Source: an uncultured Candidatus Saccharibacteria bacterium (GTDB lineage Bacteria > Patescibacteriota > Minisyncoccia > Minisyncoccales > PWPS01). Taken from it: 53,504 nucleotides of DNA. How positions within the stretch are numbered: the stretch's first letter is position 1; every line of letters starts with the position of its first letter. Of this stretch, positions 53,015 through 53,504 are shown in pieces. The notes beneath the pieces were generated by a model. It was not told the DNA's origin, searched no databases, and saw only the letters and a list, made by a program, of their open reading frames with translations. Made by a program: the position numbers and the translations under genes. The stretch spans positions 1 through 53,504 of the forward strand of contig CAYQSS010000001.1 of assembly GCA_964420305.1 (NCBI GenBank), written 5' to 3'.

Positions 53015-53504
53015 AGGTGCCGAACAGGGCCGTTGATATGGACTCTCGGGCCCTACTAGCCTGTTATCCCCGGGGTAGCTTTTAGCTGATGATCTCCGCA
53101 TTTTCTATAAAAATACGTCGGTTCACTAAGCCCTACTTTCGTATCTGCGCAACATATCCGTCTTGCAGTTAAGCCAGCTTATGCCTTTGCACTATCACTC
53201 CGATTTCCATCCGGAGTTAGCTGACCTTAGGACGCCTCCGTTACTCTTTAGGAGGCAAGCACCCCACTCAAACTGACCACCTGACAATGTTCTTCCACTG
53301 CTGGTAGAAGTTAGAATCAAGACCATAGAAGGGTGGTGTCTCATTGACGACTCCACTTTACCCGAAAATAAAGTATCAAAGTCTCCCACCTACGCTTCGC
53401 ATCTATAGTCAAGACCCAATATCAGGATACAGTAAAGCTCCCGGGGTCTTTCCGTCTAGCCACAGGTAACCGGCATCTTTACCGGTATTGCATTTTCACC
53501 GAGC

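Larger units (their letters stand above)
52052..53504 (-). rRNA. rrl: 23S rRNA, 3' part (roughly E. coli 2010-2904 equivalent), interrupted by two group I introns; the 5' part lies beyond the window
   Basis: The reverse complement contains GACGGAAAGACCCC, GGGGAUAACAGGC, GGCACCU/CGAUGUCGGCUC, GGUACGUGAGCUGGGUUCAGACCGU/CGUGAGACAGGUUGGUCCCUAUCUGCC, the sarcin-ricin loop AGUACGAGAGGACCGG, and GCUGAAAGCAUCUAAG. The 3' end is approximate. Confidence 0.95.

Noticed and set aside
53195-53389. A 64-aa minus-strand ORF in the track
   Set aside because: It lies inside conserved 23S rRNA domain V sequence and is a spurious rRNA-embedded ORF.
1-53504. An alternative genetic code (UGA recoded, as in some candidate phyla)
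   Set aside because: Conserved proteins such as gdh, the WYL-like protein and the helicase-nuclease end at UGA exactly where their families end. Long genes are uninterrupted under the standard code. Code 11 fits.

Overview
This is a very AT-rich, tightly packed bacterial chromosome segment. Many genes overlap by ATGA or TAATG, and intergenic gaps are mostly under 100 nt. The standard genetic code fits: UGA is used as a stop.

Gene content is almost entirely housekeeping:
- **Left third (+ strand):** a run of DNA-repair genes. These are nfo (partial), a UvrD-type helicase fused to a PD-(D/E)XK nuclease, dinB, xseAB, a second UvrD helicase, a Cas4-like Fe-S nuclease and a family-4 UDG. A PAS histidine kinase, glutamate dehydrogenase and small membrane proteins are interspersed.
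- **Middle:** truB, MscS and Kef channels, galU, fmt, thpR, murC, tig, a receiver-only response regulator, a dac-mraY-murD-ftsW-murG block, gltX, xerC and rpmA.
- **Right third (- strand):** pyrG, rplI, ctpA, tRNA-Lys, the hrcA-grpE-dnaK-dnaJ operon with a CIRCE operator, ftsQ, murF, a FemX-like transferase, lysS, greA, PBP2, mreD and mreC. It ends with a 5S rRNA and the 3' ~900 nt of a 23S rRNA.

The most unusual signals are:
1. Two ORF-less group I introns interrupt 23S domain V, by my count at E. coli positions 2500 and 2593. One has a textbook P1/P10 guide sequence, and the two share core blocks.
2. Promoters repeatedly place a -10 hexamer exactly 6 nt upstream of the ATG, which predicts leaderless mRNAs. 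This sits in a generally Shine-Dalgarno-poor AAAATATG start context.
3. A WYL-like small protein, a PAS kinase, the helicase-nuclease and DinB form a translationally coupled chain.
4. Two unknown proteins occupy the usual def position upstream of fmt. One carries an integrase-like core-binding domain.

The overall style (compact, AT-rich, intron-bearing rRNA, small proteins) suggests a Candidate Phyla Radiation / Patescibacteria-like genome; this is inference only. I saw no CRISPR array, transposon or prophage.

All protein calls rest on motifs read by eye and remembered family signatures, not on searches.
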